The notes beneath the pieces are model-generated. The model worked only from the letters and a program-made list of their open reading frames with translations, was not told the origin of the DNA and did no database searches. This document shows, one piece after another, positions 36,770 through 46,935 of a stretch of DNA of 61,104 nt (position 1 is the stretch's first letter; the number at the start of each line of letters is the position of its first letter). A program made the translations under genes and the position numbers. This DNA is from Candidatus Woesebacteria bacterium (lineage in GTDB: Bacteria > Patescibacteriota > Microgenomatia > UBA8517). The stretch spans positions 1 to 61,104 of the forward strand of contig DAIEQM010000044.1 in assembly GCA_027347685.1 (NCBI GenBank), read 5' to 3'.

Positions 36770-37501
36770 ATGCAACCACTTACTGCTCGTCAGACACAGC
36801 TACTGAAAGCGCTTATTGACGAATACTTATCAACTGCCGAGCCTGTCGGCTCCCTCGTTTTGGAGAAAAAATATAACTTAGGTGTGTCACCTGCCACTAT
36901 CCGAAATGAAATGTCGACCTTAACTACCATGGGATACCTCAAGCAGCCCCACACGTCAGCAGGTCGAGTACCCACGCCCGTTGCCATGAAGTTTTATATT
37001 AGTCAGCTGATGGATGAAAAAGCCATGAGTATTACTGATGAAGTGCGCGCCAAAGAAAATATCCGCGTTGCACAAACAAATGTAGACCGGCTTATGAATG
37101 AAGTGACTCACTTGCTCTCCGAAAATACTGGGTCCCTTGCCGTTGCCTCAACCGAAGACGGCTCAATCTGGAGTCACGGATTTTCTCACGTGTTTGAAAG
37201 CCCTGAATTTTTGGACCACCAAGTATGCCAAAGCGTTTTTTCAATGATTGAAGAAGTAAACCAACTGCATGAATTGTTTTTCCATCGGCTAACTGGACTT
37301 ACTCCTATTGAAGTCCTCTTTGGAGAAGAGCTTGGATATGCTTTTTTTGAACCAGTTGGCATTGTGGCAAGTCGTTTTAAGGCAAATGGACGCGAATATG
37401 CTCTTGGCGTGATTGGGCCATTTAGGCTAAACTATGCTCGAGTGATTCCGACGGTTCGCTATTATGGAGAACTCATGCAAAACACGTTAAATAATGGATA
37501 A
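36770..37501 (+). CDS. hrcA: Heat-inducible transcription repressor HrcA (short form)
   Basis: AEPVGS, SPATIRNEM, QPHTSAGRVPT, LGVIGP.R.NY. Confidence 0.95.
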   Translation: MQPLTARQTQLLKALIDEYLSTAEPVGSLVLEKKYNLGVSPATIRNEMSTLTTMGYLKQPHTSAGRVPTPVAMKFYISQLMDEKAMSITDEVRAKENIRVAQTNVDRLMNEVTHLLSENTGSLAVASTEDGSIWSHGFSHVFESPEFLDHQVCQSVFSMIEEVNQLHELFFHRLTGLTPIEVLFGEELGYAFFEPVGIVASRFKANGREYALGVIGPFRLNYARVIPTVRYYGELMQNTLNNG

Positions 37502-37973
37502 CAACATCGCAAAACCAAAAAAAACAAAAAAACATGAAACTGGAGACGTTCAGTCTGTTGAGATAGAACAATTAAAAGAGCAACTGGCTCGAACACTCGC
37601 AGATTATTCTAATCTAACAAAGCGCGTAGAGCGAGAACGAATTGAGGGAAAGTATCTTTCAAAGTTGGTTGTTGTGTCGAGACTGCTTCCTGTCTTTGAT
37701 ATGTTTGTTGACGCACAAAAACACAGTAATGACGCAGGCCTTGGAATTGCACTAAAAGTATTGTTCGACACATTAAAGGAAGAAGGAATTGACGAAATTG
37801 AAGTTCACGAAGGCGATGCCTTTAATCATGAACTTCATGAAGCAATCGACACGATCGAAAACACAGAAAAGGAAGACAATACAATTGCAGAAGTTTTAAT
37901 GAAGGGGTATAAGTTTACTGATGGGCCAGTGATTCGACACGCTAAGGTAAAAGTATACACGAGTAAAAAATGA
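37494..37973 (+). CDS. grpE: Nucleotide exchange factor GrpE
   Basis: R..AD..N..KR, LLPV.D, F...LHEA, GY......IR.A.V. Confidence 0.93.
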   Translation: MDNNIAKPKKTKKHETGDVQSVEIEQLKEQLARTLADYSNLTKRVERERIEGKYLSKLVVVSRLLPVFDMFVDAQKHSNDAGLGIALKVLFDTLKEEGIDEIEVHEGDAFNHELHEAIDTIENTEKEDNTIAEVLMKGYKFTDGPVIRHAKVKVYTSKK

Positions 37974-37987
37974 CTCTTGACAACGCA

Positions 37988-38014
37988 TTAGCACTCGCGT
38001 TACATTAGTGCTAA
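37988..38014 (+). promoter_or_regulatory. CIRCE operator upstream of dnaK
   Basis: TTAGCACTC-N9-TAGTGCTAA; TTGACA at 37977. Confidence 0.9.
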
Positions 38015-38027
38015 CACCAAAACACAT

Positions 38028-39926
38028 ATGGGAAAAATAATTGGAATCGACTTAGGTACTACAAACAGCTGTGTGGCAGTTATGGAGGGTGGATCGCCCA
38101 AAGTAATTCCGTCAGCTGATACCGGACGCAATACCACTCCTTCAGTGGTTGAACCAGTCAAAAATTTGATTGGGGACGTTGCAAAACGTCAAATGGTCTT
38201 AAACCCCAAGAACACCGTGTATTCGGCTAAACGCCTTATGGGCCGACGAGTCGATGACAGTGAAGTAAAGCGAACCCGTGACATGGTGCCATTTGAAATT
38301 ACTTCAAAAGATGGCATGGCTGCGATTTCGGTTGAAGGTAAAACATATACGCCTCAAGAAATTGGCGCTCGTGTGCTCATGAAGCTCAAAAAAGATGCGG
38401 AGAGTTATTTGGGTGAAACCGTCACTCAAGCAGTTATTACCGTACCGGCATATTTTGACGACGCTCAGCGCCAAGCAACAAAGCAAGCCGGAGAAATCGC
38501 AGGGCTTAAGGTTGAACGCATTATCAATGAACCTACTGCCGCAGCACTTGCCTACGGACTCGATAAAAAGAAACAGGAAAAAATTGCCGTCTATGACCTT
38601 GGTGGAGGAACGTTTGATATTTCAATTTTGGAACTCGGAGATGGTGTGTTTGAAGTGAAAGCTACCAATGGTGATACCCACTTAGGAGGAGATGACTTTG
38701 ATGGCCGAATTGTGGACTACATTTGTGAAGAATTCAAAAAAGATAATGGCGTAGACCTTAAAAAAGACGCACAAGCCTTGCAGCGCGTTCGAGATGCCGC
38801 TGAAAAAGCAAAAATCGAACTTTCGAGTGCCGAGGAAGTTGAAATCAATCAGCCATATATTACGCAAAAAGACGGCAACCCGCTGCACTTAACGATGAAA
38901 ATTAGTCGTGCAAAGCTTGAAGGCATTGTTGCTGATCTTATTGAGAAAACCATGAAGCCAGTTGAGGCTGCACTTAAAGACGCAAAACTGAGTAAAAACG
39001 ATATCAACGAAGTGATCCTCGTCGGAGGAATGACTCGCATGCCAAAAGTTGTGTCAGCTGTTAAAGAATTTTTTGGCAAAGAGCCCAATCGAGGAGTGAA
39101 TCCAGATGAAGTGGTGGCCATTGGAGCAGCCATTCAAGGTGGAGTGTTGGGTGGAGAAGTAAAAGATATTCTCTTACTCGACGTAACACCACTGACCTTG
39201 GCAATCGAAACGATGGGGAATGTGGCAACACCAATGATTGCCCGAAACACGACCGTTCCTGCCTCCAAGACTGAAGTGTTTTCAACCGCGGCAAACAATC
39301 AAACACAGGTTGAAATTCATATTACCCAAGGTGAGCGACCGATGAGTATCGATAACAAAGATCTTGGACGATTTATTTTGGACGGTATTCCACCTGCACC
39401 TCGTGGAGTTCCTCAAATTGAAGTGACCTTTGATATTGATGCAAACGGAATTCTCAAGGTTACCGCAAAAGACAAAGCTACAAACAAAACTCAGCATATT
39501 ACGATTTCTGGCGCAGTTGGGCTTTCAGACGAAGAGGTCAAGAAAATGCAGGAAGATGCTGAAAAGTACAAAGTTGAAGACGAAAAGAAAAAAGAACTTG
39601 TCTCAACGAAAAATGCAGCAGATGCGCTAGTTGCTACCGCTGAAAAGGCGCTTCAGGATGCAGGAGACAAAGTAGACGCAGACACCAAAACTCAGGTTGA
39701 AGAAAAGGTGAAAGCCGTGAAGGAAGTGATGAATTCAGAAAACAAAGAAGAGATTGAGAGTAAAACAAAAGAGCTTTCTGAAACTCTGCAAAAAATTGGA
39801 GAGAAGCTCTACGCAGCAGCAGCCCCCGAGCAGCCAAAAGAAGGTGAAGAAAAGAAAGACGAGTCTTCTGAAGACAAGAAGACTGACGCTCCGGTAGAAG
39901 AAGGGGAAGTCGTCGAAGAAAAATAA
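38028..39926 (+). CDS. dnaK: Chaperone DnaK
   Basis: [46 protein letters not shown]. Confidence 0.98.
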   Translation: MGKIIGIDLGTTNSCVAVMEGGSPKVIPSADTGRNTTPSVVEPVKNLIGDVAKRQMVLNPKNTVYSAKRLMGRRVDDSEVKRTRDMVPFEITSKDGMAAISVEGKTYTPQEIGARVLMKLKKDAESYLGETVTQAVITVPAYFDDAQRQATKQAGEIAGLKVERIINEPTAAALAYGLDKKKQEKIAVYDLGGGTFDISILELGDGVFEVKATNGDTHLGGDDFDGRIVDYICEEFKKDNGVDLKKDAQALQRVRDAAEKAKIELSSAEEVEINQPYITQKDGNPLHLTMKISRAKLEGIVADLIEKTMKPVEAALKDAKLSKNDINEVILVGGMTRMPKVVSAVKEFFGKEPNRGVNPDEVVAIGAAIQGGVLGGEVKDILLLDVTPLTLAIETMGNVATPMIARNTTVPASKTEVFSTAANNQTQVEIHITQGERPMSIDNKDLGRFILDGIPPAPRGVPQIEVTFDIDANGILKVTAKDKATNKTQHITISGAVGLSDEEVKKMQEDAEKYKVEDEKKKELVSTKNAADALVATAEKALQDAGDKVDADTKTQVEEKVKAVKEVMNSENKEEIESKTKELSETLQKIGEKLYAAAAPEQPKEGEEKKDESSEDKKTDAPVEEGEVVEEK

Positions 39927-39958
39927 AAAACCCGCTCAACACATGTAAGCGGGTTTTT
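39926..39958. terminator. Bidirectional terminator after dnaK
   Basis: AAAAACCCGCT/AGCGGGTTTTT. Confidence 0.85.
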
Positions 39959-39974
39959 GTGTTACCACAAACTG

Positions 39975-40112
39975 CTATTTAAATAGTCGAGGATCAATTT
40001 CATAGTCCCCGATTTTTTTATTGCAATGAGGGCAAAAGCCTTTTGCGCGGCCTAAGTCGTGCCACCCCAATTTGCAGGTAATTGCCCAAAACAAACGGGT
40101 TAAGCTCAGCAT
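39975..40112 (-). CDS. 45-aa Cys/His microprotein (not in ORF track)
   Basis: AAGGAG SD; MLSLTRLFWAITCKLGWHDLGRAKGFCPHCNKKIGDYEIDPRLFK. Confidence 0.65.
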   Translation of the reverse strand: MLSLTRLFWAITCKLGWHDLGRAKGFCPHCNKKIGDYEIDPRLFK

Positions 40113-40191
40113 GGTTAGATCTCCTTTGCAAAGAAACAATTCGACTGTATTCTACACCCGTGTTGGTAAAAGTTACACATAAAAAGACCGC

Positions 40192-40272
40192 CTAGAGCGG
40201 CGGTCCTGCTTCGATGATGCATTTGGCTAAAATAAAGAGTAGGGTGATGAATAATGCCAGAGTTGGAACCAT
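40192..40272 (-). CDS. 26-aa hydrophobic micropeptide (not in ORF track)
   Basis: TTGACT-17-TATAAT promoter, AAGGAG SD, MVPTLALFITLLFILAKCIIEAGPPL, terminator GACCGCC/GGCGGTC-T5 over the stop. Confidence 0.6.
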   Translation of the reverse strand: MVPTLALFITLLFILAKCIIEAGPPL

Positions 40273-40331
40273 TACCTTCTCCTTTTTTGCTTTTGAAAGT
40301 ACATTATATCCCATAATGTAATTATAGTCAA

Positions 40332-40358
40332 TTAGCACCCTTCCGTTCTGAGTGCTGG
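40332..40358 (+). promoter_or_regulatory. Degenerate CIRCE upstream of dnaJ
   Basis: TTAGCACCC-N9-GAGTGCTGG. Confidence 0.75.
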
Positions 40359-40393
40359 AAGCGCTCCCTTCCTCCTGCTACAATATCTTCTGT

Positions 40394-41254
40394 ATGGCCC
40401 AAACAAAACGTGATTTTTATGAAGTTTTAGGAGTTTCAAAGTCAGCTACGGCTGATGAGCTCAAGCGTGCGTATCGAAAGCTTGCACTGGAGTGGCACCC
40501 GGACCGACACAAAGATGACAAAGAAACTGCAGAAGCCAAGTTTAAAGAAATAAACGAGGCATATCAGGTATTGTCTGAGCCCAGCAAACGTGCCACTTAT
40601 GATCAACATGGGCATGCTCCTTTTGCTCCCGGTGGTGGGGGTGGTGCTGGGAATCCTTTTGGAGGGGCAAACCCGTTTGGCGGATTTCAATATACCTATA
40701 CCCAAAATGGACAAGGTTCTCCCTTTGGAGATATGGGAGATCCGTTTGATATTTTTGAGCAATTTTTTGGTGGAGGATTTAGTAGAGCCCCTCAAAAACC
40801 TCGCTATGCAATAGCGATTGAATTTATGGAAGCCGTAAATGGTGTTGAAAAAAGCGTACAAATTGAAGGCAAGAAGCGGACCATTAAAATTCCAGAAGGT
40901 GTGGAAAATGGAAATCGAATAGAATTTGATGATTTTTCGCTCACGATTTCGGTGAAACCTTCAGCCGAATTTGAGCGACAAGGATCAGATATCTATGGGG
41001 TGGTAATTATTCCCTATTCCCTCGCAGTCATGGGAGGAAATATTGATGTAAAAACGGTACAAGGAGCAGTAAAGCTGAAAGTGCGTGCGGGCACACAAAG
41101 TGGAACCATGATGCGCCTTCGCGGAAAAGGGGTAAAGCATATACGGAGTTTTGGACATGGTGACCATTATGTACAAATAAAAGTTGAAATTCCTGAGCGC
41201 CTTACACGTGAACAACGTTCTCTTATAAATGAACTCAAAAAGGAAGGTCTGTAA
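40394..41254 (+). CDS. dnaJ: DnaJ-class co-chaperone lacking the zinc-finger domain
   Basis: J-domain HPD, G/F-rich region, DIFEQFFG, C-terminal domain; no CxxCxGxG repeats. Confidence 0.9.
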   Translation: MAQTKRDFYEVLGVSKSATADELKRAYRKLALEWHPDRHKDDKETAEAKFKEINEAYQVLSEPSKRATYDQHGHAPFAPGGGGGAGNPFGGANPFGGFQYTYTQNGQGSPFGDMGDPFDIFEQFFGGGFSRAPQKPRYAIAIEFMEAVNGVEKSVQIEGKKRTIKIPEGVENGNRIEFDDFSLTISVKPSAEFERQGSDIYGVVIIPYSLAVMGGNIDVKTVQGAVKLKVRAGTQSGTMMRLRGKGVKHIRSFGHGDHYVQIKVEIPERLTREQRSLINELKKEGL

Positions 41255-41312
41255 ACTTCAAAAAAAAGAGTATACTTTTGGCTAATAGGGACAGAAAAGG
41301 AAGGTCTCTCTT

Positions 41313-41546
41313 GTGATACCAATTTGGGTTTGGGTAGAAAATGGGATTGTGGTGAAGGCGGAGGTTTATTCTAATGGACGGAACAAGTCTTTAACTCATC
41401 TTTTGGGACGAAGTTTAGAATCTGCCGAAAAATCACTCCAAAAGAAAGATTGGATTCACAAATCTGGTCGTGATTTTTTTACAACCCCTGGAAACGGGGC
41501 CGCGTGTTTTGAATTCGAACCAAAGGCCGCTCCCGCTTATGCATAG
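41313..41546 (+). CDS. Small hypothetical protein (GxVV family)
   Basis: AAGGAAGG SD before GTG; terminator AGAGGG/CCCTCT-T5 at about 41558-41584. Confidence 0.7.
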   Translation: MIPIWVWVENGIVVKAEVYSNGRNKSLTHLLGRSLESAEKSLQKKDWIHKSGRDFFTTPGNGAACFEFEPKAAPAYA

Positions 41547-41633
41547 TTTTTTTCTTTAAAAGAGGGTTGTCCCGCCCTCTTTTTATTTCTGCTATTCTTC
41601 AATACCTAGGGTTTTAGTTTAAGGAGCTACAGT

Positions 41634-41849
41634 ATGACGGAGAAGCCTGATATCAACGTTATAATTCTGGAAGGAGGAATTGTAGTCGAGAATGCGTTCA
41701 ATGAAGCCTTCCCCGAGATAAAGGGAAACAAACTGACTCATGCGGTGAATGCACTGAGGTCATATGGATGGAGAGAAACCGATGAAATGATTGACCCAAT
41801 TACAAAGAGCGGCTGGGTTGCCTTTTCTAAGAACCCGATACCGCATTGA
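41634..41849 (+). CDS. Small hypothetical protein (GxVV family)
   Basis: AAGGAG SD; terminator GGGGGAGACA/TGTCTCCCCC at about 41854-41884. Confidence 0.7.
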   Translation: MTEKPDINVIILEGGIVVENAFNEAFPEIKGNKLTHAVNALRSYGWRETDEMIDPITKSGWVAFSKNPIPH

Positions 41850-41891
41850 TATGAAAAGGGGGAGACAATGTGTCTCCCCCTTTATTTTTGA

Positions 41892-42431
41892 CTATTTGAG
41901 AGTCTCCACGTTTAAGGAAAGTATGACTGGCATACTGTAGTTCTCCTCAATGGTGTTGTCATTCATGTGACCCGTGAGTGTTGTTGAAAAATTGGCAACA
42001 TCAACATTTACCCACAGATTAGACATGTCTGATTGATCCATCCCTATGGGAAACCAAATACTCTTAAGGATCGCAATTCGATATGGCTCACCACTTTTGT
42101 TGTTCGGTGGAATTCGTACCTGAAACAGTACCGAATGTCCACTCTGTGCATGCGATGTAGCGGTCTGTGGTCGCAGAAGCCGTGAGACCGGAACGATGCG
42201 TTCTCGACCTGCGGGCTCTTTTATGACAGCGCCGAGCTGTTTGGATTCTGTCACGGTGTATCGTTCAAATACTCCGGTGACCGTAATTCCTTCAGAAGCG
42301 CTTTTATAGCAAATCATGTCCCCAAACGATATCAATTTGGGTACTAAAAAATTCTGTGCACGATCAGCATCGCTCAAAACAACAGCTGGTACCAAAATTG
42401 TTTGCTCAGTCAGGGGTGTATTTTGATTCAC
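41892..42431 (-). CDS. Hypothetical protein
   Basis: 179-aa ORF with AGGAGG SD, shares terminator with the convergent gene. Confidence 0.65.
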   Translation of the reverse strand: MNQNTPLTEQTILVPAVVLSDADRAQNFLVPKLISFGDMICYKSASEGITVTGVFERYTVTESKQLGAVIKEPAGRERIVPVSRLLRPQTATSHAQSGHSVLFQVRIPPNNKSGEPYRIAILKSIWFPIGMDQSDMSNLWVNVDVANFSTTLTGHMNDNTIEENYSMPVILSLNVETLK

Positions 42432-42475
42432 TTTTTCCTCCTCAGATCAAATACAAGACCTATATTTTACCACGT

Positions 42476-42551
42476 TTGACTTCAACGGTAAACTCTCCTA
42501 CAATACAGCTGTAATAGATGGTTTTGGTGGGTAACAAGCCCGCCATTTTTT
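42476..42551 (+). promoter_or_regulatory. nusA promoter and leader hairpin/attenuator (rimP-leader-like)
   Basis: TTGACT-17-TACAAT then TGGTGGG/CCCGCCA-T6 just before nusA. Confidence 0.65.
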
Positions 42552-42562
42552 CTTTAAAACAA

Positions 42563-43651
42563 ATGCAACAAACCGCACGAAATGAGTTCACACAAGCATT
42601 AAAAGCTCTTGTTCAAGAGCGTGGGCTTGATGTGCAAGTGATTTTGGATCTTCTTCGTGAAGCGTACGTTTCTGCGTACAAAAGGGACGCTCGGGACAGA
42701 GGCGAAGACACAGACTTAAGTGAATATGACGCGGAAATTGATCCTGGAACAGGGGAGGCAAAGATATTTGCATGGCCTCTTGAAAAGCCAGAAGAGCGGA
42801 AAGACGTTACTCCACCCGGCTTTGGTCGTATTGCTGCACAAACTGCAAAACAAGTAATTCATCAAAAAATTCGTGAGGCTGAGAAAACAGTCGTTATGGG
42901 TGAATTTGAAGGACGAGTTGGTGGAATTATTTCTGGAATGGTTCTTCGATTTGATGGTCCGAACGTTCGAGTTGATTTGGGAAAAACTGAGGCTATTATG
43001 CCTGCTGAAGAGCGCGTACCGACAGAGCGATTAAATTCGGGACAACGACTTTCTTTCCTTCTTAAAAATATTGAGGACAGTATTCGTGGAAAAAACATTA
43101 TTTTGTCTCGGGCGGACCCTGAATTTGTGAAGCAAATTTTTGCACGAGAAGTTCCTGAAATTGCTTCAGGTGCCGTTGAAATTAAACAAATTGCACGCGA
43201 AGCCGGAATTCGTACAAAGATTGCGGTATTTTCTTCACAACAAGGTGTTGACCCTGTTGGAAGTTGTGTCGGACAAAAAGGAGTGCGTGTGCAAGCAGTT
43301 ACCAACGAACTCGGTGGTGAGCGCATTGATATCATTCCGTATACCGAAAATGAAGAAGAATTTCTAAAGGCCACACTCGCTCCTGTTCAGGTCATTTCAT
43401 TGAAAATTGACAAAAAAGAAGGCGTTGCGACAATTGTCGTACCTGACGCAGAACTTTCTCTGGCTATTGGAAAAGAAGGACAAAATGTTCGACTCGCCAG
43501 TAAACTGAGCGGAATTCGCATTGAGGTGGAAGGAGACGGCAGCGGACCAAAAGAAGAAGAAAAAACAGAAACTCAAGAGGAAACTCCTGTTGAAGTAGTA
43601 GCAGAAGAACCAATTGTAACTGAGCACCAAGAAGCCCCTGACGCGGCCTAA
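42563..43651 (+). CDS. nusA: Transcription termination factor NusA
   Basis: FGRIAAQTAKQV, EVPEI, R.AG.RTKIAV, DPVGSCVG, AIGK.GQNVRLA. Confidence 0.97.
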   Translation: MQQTARNEFTQALKALVQERGLDVQVILDLLREAYVSAYKRDARDRGEDTDLSEYDAEIDPGTGEAKIFAWPLEKPEERKDVTPPGFGRIAAQTAKQVIHQKIREAEKTVVMGEFEGRVGGIISGMVLRFDGPNVRVDLGKTEAIMPAEERVPTERLNSGQRLSFLLKNIEDSIRGKNIILSRADPEFVKQIFAREVPEIASGAVEIKQIAREAGIRTKIAVFSSQQGVDPVGSCVGQKGVRVQAVTNELGGERIDIIPYTENEEEFLKATLAPVQVISLKIDKKEGVATIVVPDAELSLAIGKEGQNVRLASKLSGIRIEVEGDGSGPKEEEKTETQEETPVEVVAEEPIVTEHQEAPDAA

Positions 43652-43681
43652 CTATGGTACTTACACTTTCCCATATTCACT

Positions 43682-45076
43682 ATGCAAACAAAACGACCTC
43701 CAATTGTAACCGTGCTTGGGCATGTTGACCACGGAAAAACTTCTTTACTCGACGCAATATTTAAAACGAACGTAACTGCTCGTGAAGCAGGTGGCATTAC
43801 TCAGAGTATTGGTGCCAGACAAATTGAAACTAAATTTGGGGTAATTACCTTCATAGACACTCCCGGACACGCGGCATTTTCTAAAATGCGCTCTCGTGGT
43901 GCAAGAGTTGCCGATATTGCGATTCTTGTTGTTGCCGCCGATGACGGAGTGATGCCTCAAACAAAAGAAGCACTCTCCTTGATTAAAGCAGCCCAAATTC
44001 CCTATATTGTGGCGCTTACAAAAGTGGATCTCGCTACGGCAAATGTGGAACGAGTTAAAGGGCAACTTGAGTCGGAAGGAGTTTTGTTTGAAGGACGCGG
44101 GGGAGATGTCCCCTCGATTGAGGTATCGGTGAAAAAGGAACAAGGAATCAGTGAACTTCTTGAGCTTATTTCCCTTGTCTCAGAGGTGACTGACATTGAA
44201 AGCTCAAATGACGGTAAACTTGAAGCCGTTGTTATTGAAGCAAACAAGGAACGACAAGGAGTGACGGCATCAGTTGTGGTGAGAAATGGTACCTTAGCCG
44301 TTGGAGATCAAATTAGTAGTGGTGAAGAAACCATTAAGATTCGTGGACTGTTTGATGACAATAACAAATCAGTGAAGTCAGTAAAACCTGGGAGCCCTGC
44401 TGTTATTTTAGGATTTACGGTACTTCCACAGGTAGGGGCTGAAATATATCGCCCATCTGAAGGAGCTCCTGTTAAACATACTCAAACTGCAATAGCTCAG
44501 AAAAAGACAAAGGTTCCCGAAGACGCTATTCGTATTATTTTGAAGTCTTCTTCAACCGGGTCTCTTGAAGCCCTTATTGCCATGCTTCCCGTGGGAGTAT
44601 TTGTGCAAGACTCAGCAGTTGGCGATGTAACTGAGGGTGACGTATTTTTAGCGAAAACAACCGGGAGTATCATTATTACCTTTGAAACAAAAACACCAAA
44701 TTCAATTTTGAAACTTGCTGAAAACGACAAGATTGAAATTCACTCCTTTAAAATTATTTATGAACTGATTAATTTCCTAGACATGCGCATTCATGCCGGG
44801 GATATTGTTGTTTTAGGTAAAGCCGAAATTTTAGGAATTTTCCCATTTGAAGATAAACAAGTTGCGGGAGTGAAGATTATGTCAGGAAAAATTACCGTTA
44901 AAGACACCATTATTGTCAGCCGAGGGGATACCGAGCTATTTCGTGCAAAAGTTGTTTCAATTAGAAAGCAAAAAGACCAAATTAATGAAGCCCGCGAGGG
45001 ACAAGAGTGTGGAATTATTTTTGAGCCTCAGAAAGATTTTCTTGTACGTGACAAGCTTACTGCTGTTAAAGCTTGA
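43682..45076 (+). CDS. infB: Translation initiation factor IF-2 (no N-terminal domain)
   Basis: [43 protein letters not shown]. Confidence 0.95.
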   Translation: MQTKRPPIVTVLGHVDHGKTSLLDAIFKTNVTAREAGGITQSIGARQIETKFGVITFIDTPGHAAFSKMRSRGARVADIAILVVAADDGVMPQTKEALSLIKAAQIPYIVALTKVDLATANVERVKGQLESEGVLFEGRGGDVPSIEVSVKKEQGISELLELISLVSEVTDIESSNDGKLEAVVIEANKERQGVTASVVVRNGTLAVGDQISSGEETIKIRGLFDDNNKSVKSVKPGSPAVILGFTVLPQVGAEIYRPSEGAPVKHTQTAIAQKKTKVPEDAIRIILKSSSTGSLEALIAMLPVGVFVQDSAVGDVTEGDVFLAKTTGSIIITFETKTPNSILKLAENDKIEIHSFKIIYELINFLDMRIHAGDIVVLGKAEILGIFPFEDKQVAGVKIMSGKITVKDTIIVSRGDTELFRAKVVSIRKQKDQINEAREGQECGIIFEPQKDFLVRDKLTAVKA

Positions 45077-45153
45077 ATTCACCGTCTCAAATAGGGAAGC
45101 TCTGTACATAGCTTCATTTGAATAAACTGCCCCTATACGCTATAATCCGCCAA

Positions 45154-45981
45154 ATGACACCTGCACTCACCCAAGCTCTCCAAGACTCAAAATCGGTGTG
45201 TATTATGCTCCCTAAGTCTCCCTATCTTGATCAAGTTGCAGCCGCGTTGGGGCTTTTTTTGGCTCTTAAAGACAAAAACCCAACTATTTTTTGTGATACA
45301 CCAATGACGGTTGAATTTAATCGTCTTATTGGAGTGAATAAAATTAGTGCCAGTGTGGGAAATAAAAACCTCATTGTGAAACTTATTAATTATCCGCTGG
45401 CAAACGTAGAGCGCGTTAACTACGACGTCGATGGAAATGATTTGTTTTTGGCAGTGTTCCCTCAGCCCGGAGTCCTTCCTCCTACCAAAGACAACGTGCA
45501 AATTAGCTATTCAGGAGTTGCAGCTGATACGGTAATTTTAGTAGGGGGAGCAAATGAAACACATTTCCCACTGCTTTCTCAAAAAGACTTTTTGGAAATG
45601 AAGGTGGTTCATGTGGGTATCACCGATATTGCGCTCCCTGGAAGAACAATACTCTCACTCGCTAAGGCTGCTTCTTCTATTTCAGAAGTTGTTGCGGGCT
45701 ATTTGTTTGAAATGGATGCAGTAACAACCGATGACATCGCGACAAACCTTTTTATTGGACTCTCAGAGGGAACCAGAAATTTCACAACAAGCACGGTAAC
45801 TGCTCAAACATTTACGCTCGCAGGAAAGCTTTTGGAAAAAGGAGCGAGACGTGAACAAATGAAGGCTTTTGTGCCAAAGCCCACGCCAACTGTCCCTGCT
45901 CCGACAACTTCTCCTGCAAACCCCAATGTACCGAAGTCTTGGGTTGAACCCAAGATTTATAAAGGGACTTCTGTAAGTTAA
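45154..45981 (+). CDS. DHH/NrnA-like protein with degenerate catalytic motifs
   Basis: D.VAAALGL, SSISE, IAT.L..G....T..F scaffold and position after infB; DHH triad absent. Confidence 0.65.
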   Translation: MTPALTQALQDSKSVCIMLPKSPYLDQVAAALGLFLALKDKNPTIFCDTPMTVEFNRLIGVNKISASVGNKNLIVKLINYPLANVERVNYDVDGNDLFLAVFPQPGVLPPTKDNVQISYSGVAADTVILVGGANETHFPLLSQKDFLEMKVVHVGITDIALPGRTILSLAKAASSISEVVAGYLFEMDAVTTDDIATNLFIGLSEGTRNFTTSTVTAQTFTLAGKLLEKGARREQMKAFVPKPTPTVPAPTTSPANPNVPKSWVEPKIYKGTSVS

Positions 45982-46015
45982 AACTAAAAACACCATAAGT
46001 TGAAGGGATTTTGGA

Positions 46016-46357
46016 ATGGATGTCTTTCGTATTCTGGGTTGGTTGCTATTGAAGTTTGTTCCACACAGATTCTTTACGGTCATTGATGTGGAGAAGAAGT
46101 CACGGGATCAAATGCAAAAAGCCGTCGCTTTAGAATGGCCACGAGGAAGATTTCACTTCGTGTATTTGGTTGAGCTCTACCCCGGGAACAAATGGGTACC
46201 GGAGCCGTGGCAGGAAGAATATGTGCTGGGTCTGTACCGGTCTGCTGACGAGATATGGGACACAGTCGATACCGTGAGTCTGAATGTTTCGAAGCAACGA
46301 AAAACAGACGGGGATCGACATGTTATACCCGAATGGGTGTTCGTGTTGGTTCTATAA
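46016..46357 (+). CDS. Hypothetical protein
   Basis: 113-aa ORF followed by terminator 46373-46400. Confidence 0.55.
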   Translation: MDVFRILGWLLLKFVPHRFFTVIDVEKKSRDQMQKAVALEWPRGRFHFVYLVELYPGNKWVPEPWQEEYVLGLYRSADEIWDTVDTVSLNVSKQRKTDGDRHVIPEWVFVLVL

Positions 46358-46398
46358 ATCTTAAAGACGGAAGGGCGCTCATGTTGAGCGCCCATTTT

Positions 46399-46935
46399 TT
46401 ATGAATCCCAGTAAAACTCTGGATGTTTGAACGGGATGAATGCGCAAATGACGGCCGGCAGTGGATATGTTTCTCGCGTGAGTACATTGTCAGACACCAT
46501 GCCAATTGTTCCGTTTCCTTGCTTCAAGTTTTCCTTTCCAAAAAACTCATCGCTTGCCGGTCCAAACTCTGCGCCTTTGCGGATCATTGCAGCAATCTTT
46601 GGAGGAATGGTAAAACTGGCAGATCTGCTTTTACTTTCCCTTCCATCTTTGGCAACCACAAATATCCATGTGTATTCTTGCATGACACCGCCAAAGTCTT
46701 CCGTCCCTCCTTCAACACCAACCCAGAAATCAGCATCGGGACATGCTTCGCGCGAATGTCGCGCCCGATTTTTCGCCCCATTTAATGTTTGCTCACTGAC
46801 AATGGGCTGTTTTGAAATGCCCGAGGGGGCGTCGTACCCGACCACTTCTACATCCTCAAACGGAAAGAGTTCTCGAAACCCACGTTTAACGAGACTAATC
46901 TTAACTGGATTCATTGAACCAACTACTATTTTCAT
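46399..46935 (-). CDS. yjjX: Inosine/xanthosine triphosphatase (YjjX family)
   Basis: VGS.NPVK, SG...QP, GA.NRA, VG.EGG, E.G...D..F, G.IG. Confidence 0.9.
   Translation of the reverse strand: MKIVVGSMNPVKISLVKRGFRELFPFEDVEVVGYDAPSGISKQPIVSEQTLNGAKNRARHSREACPDADFWVGVEGGTEDFGGVMQEYTWIFVVAKDGRESKSRSASFTIPPKIAAMIRKGAEFGPASDEFFGKENLKQGNGTIGMVSDNVLTRETYPLPAVICAFIPFKHPEFYWDS

Noticed and set aside
16990..40320. Shared TTATGGG in promoter spacers (about 17000, 20971, 40310) as a common operator
   Set aside because: Short match at inconsistent positions, and the surrounding palindromes do not align
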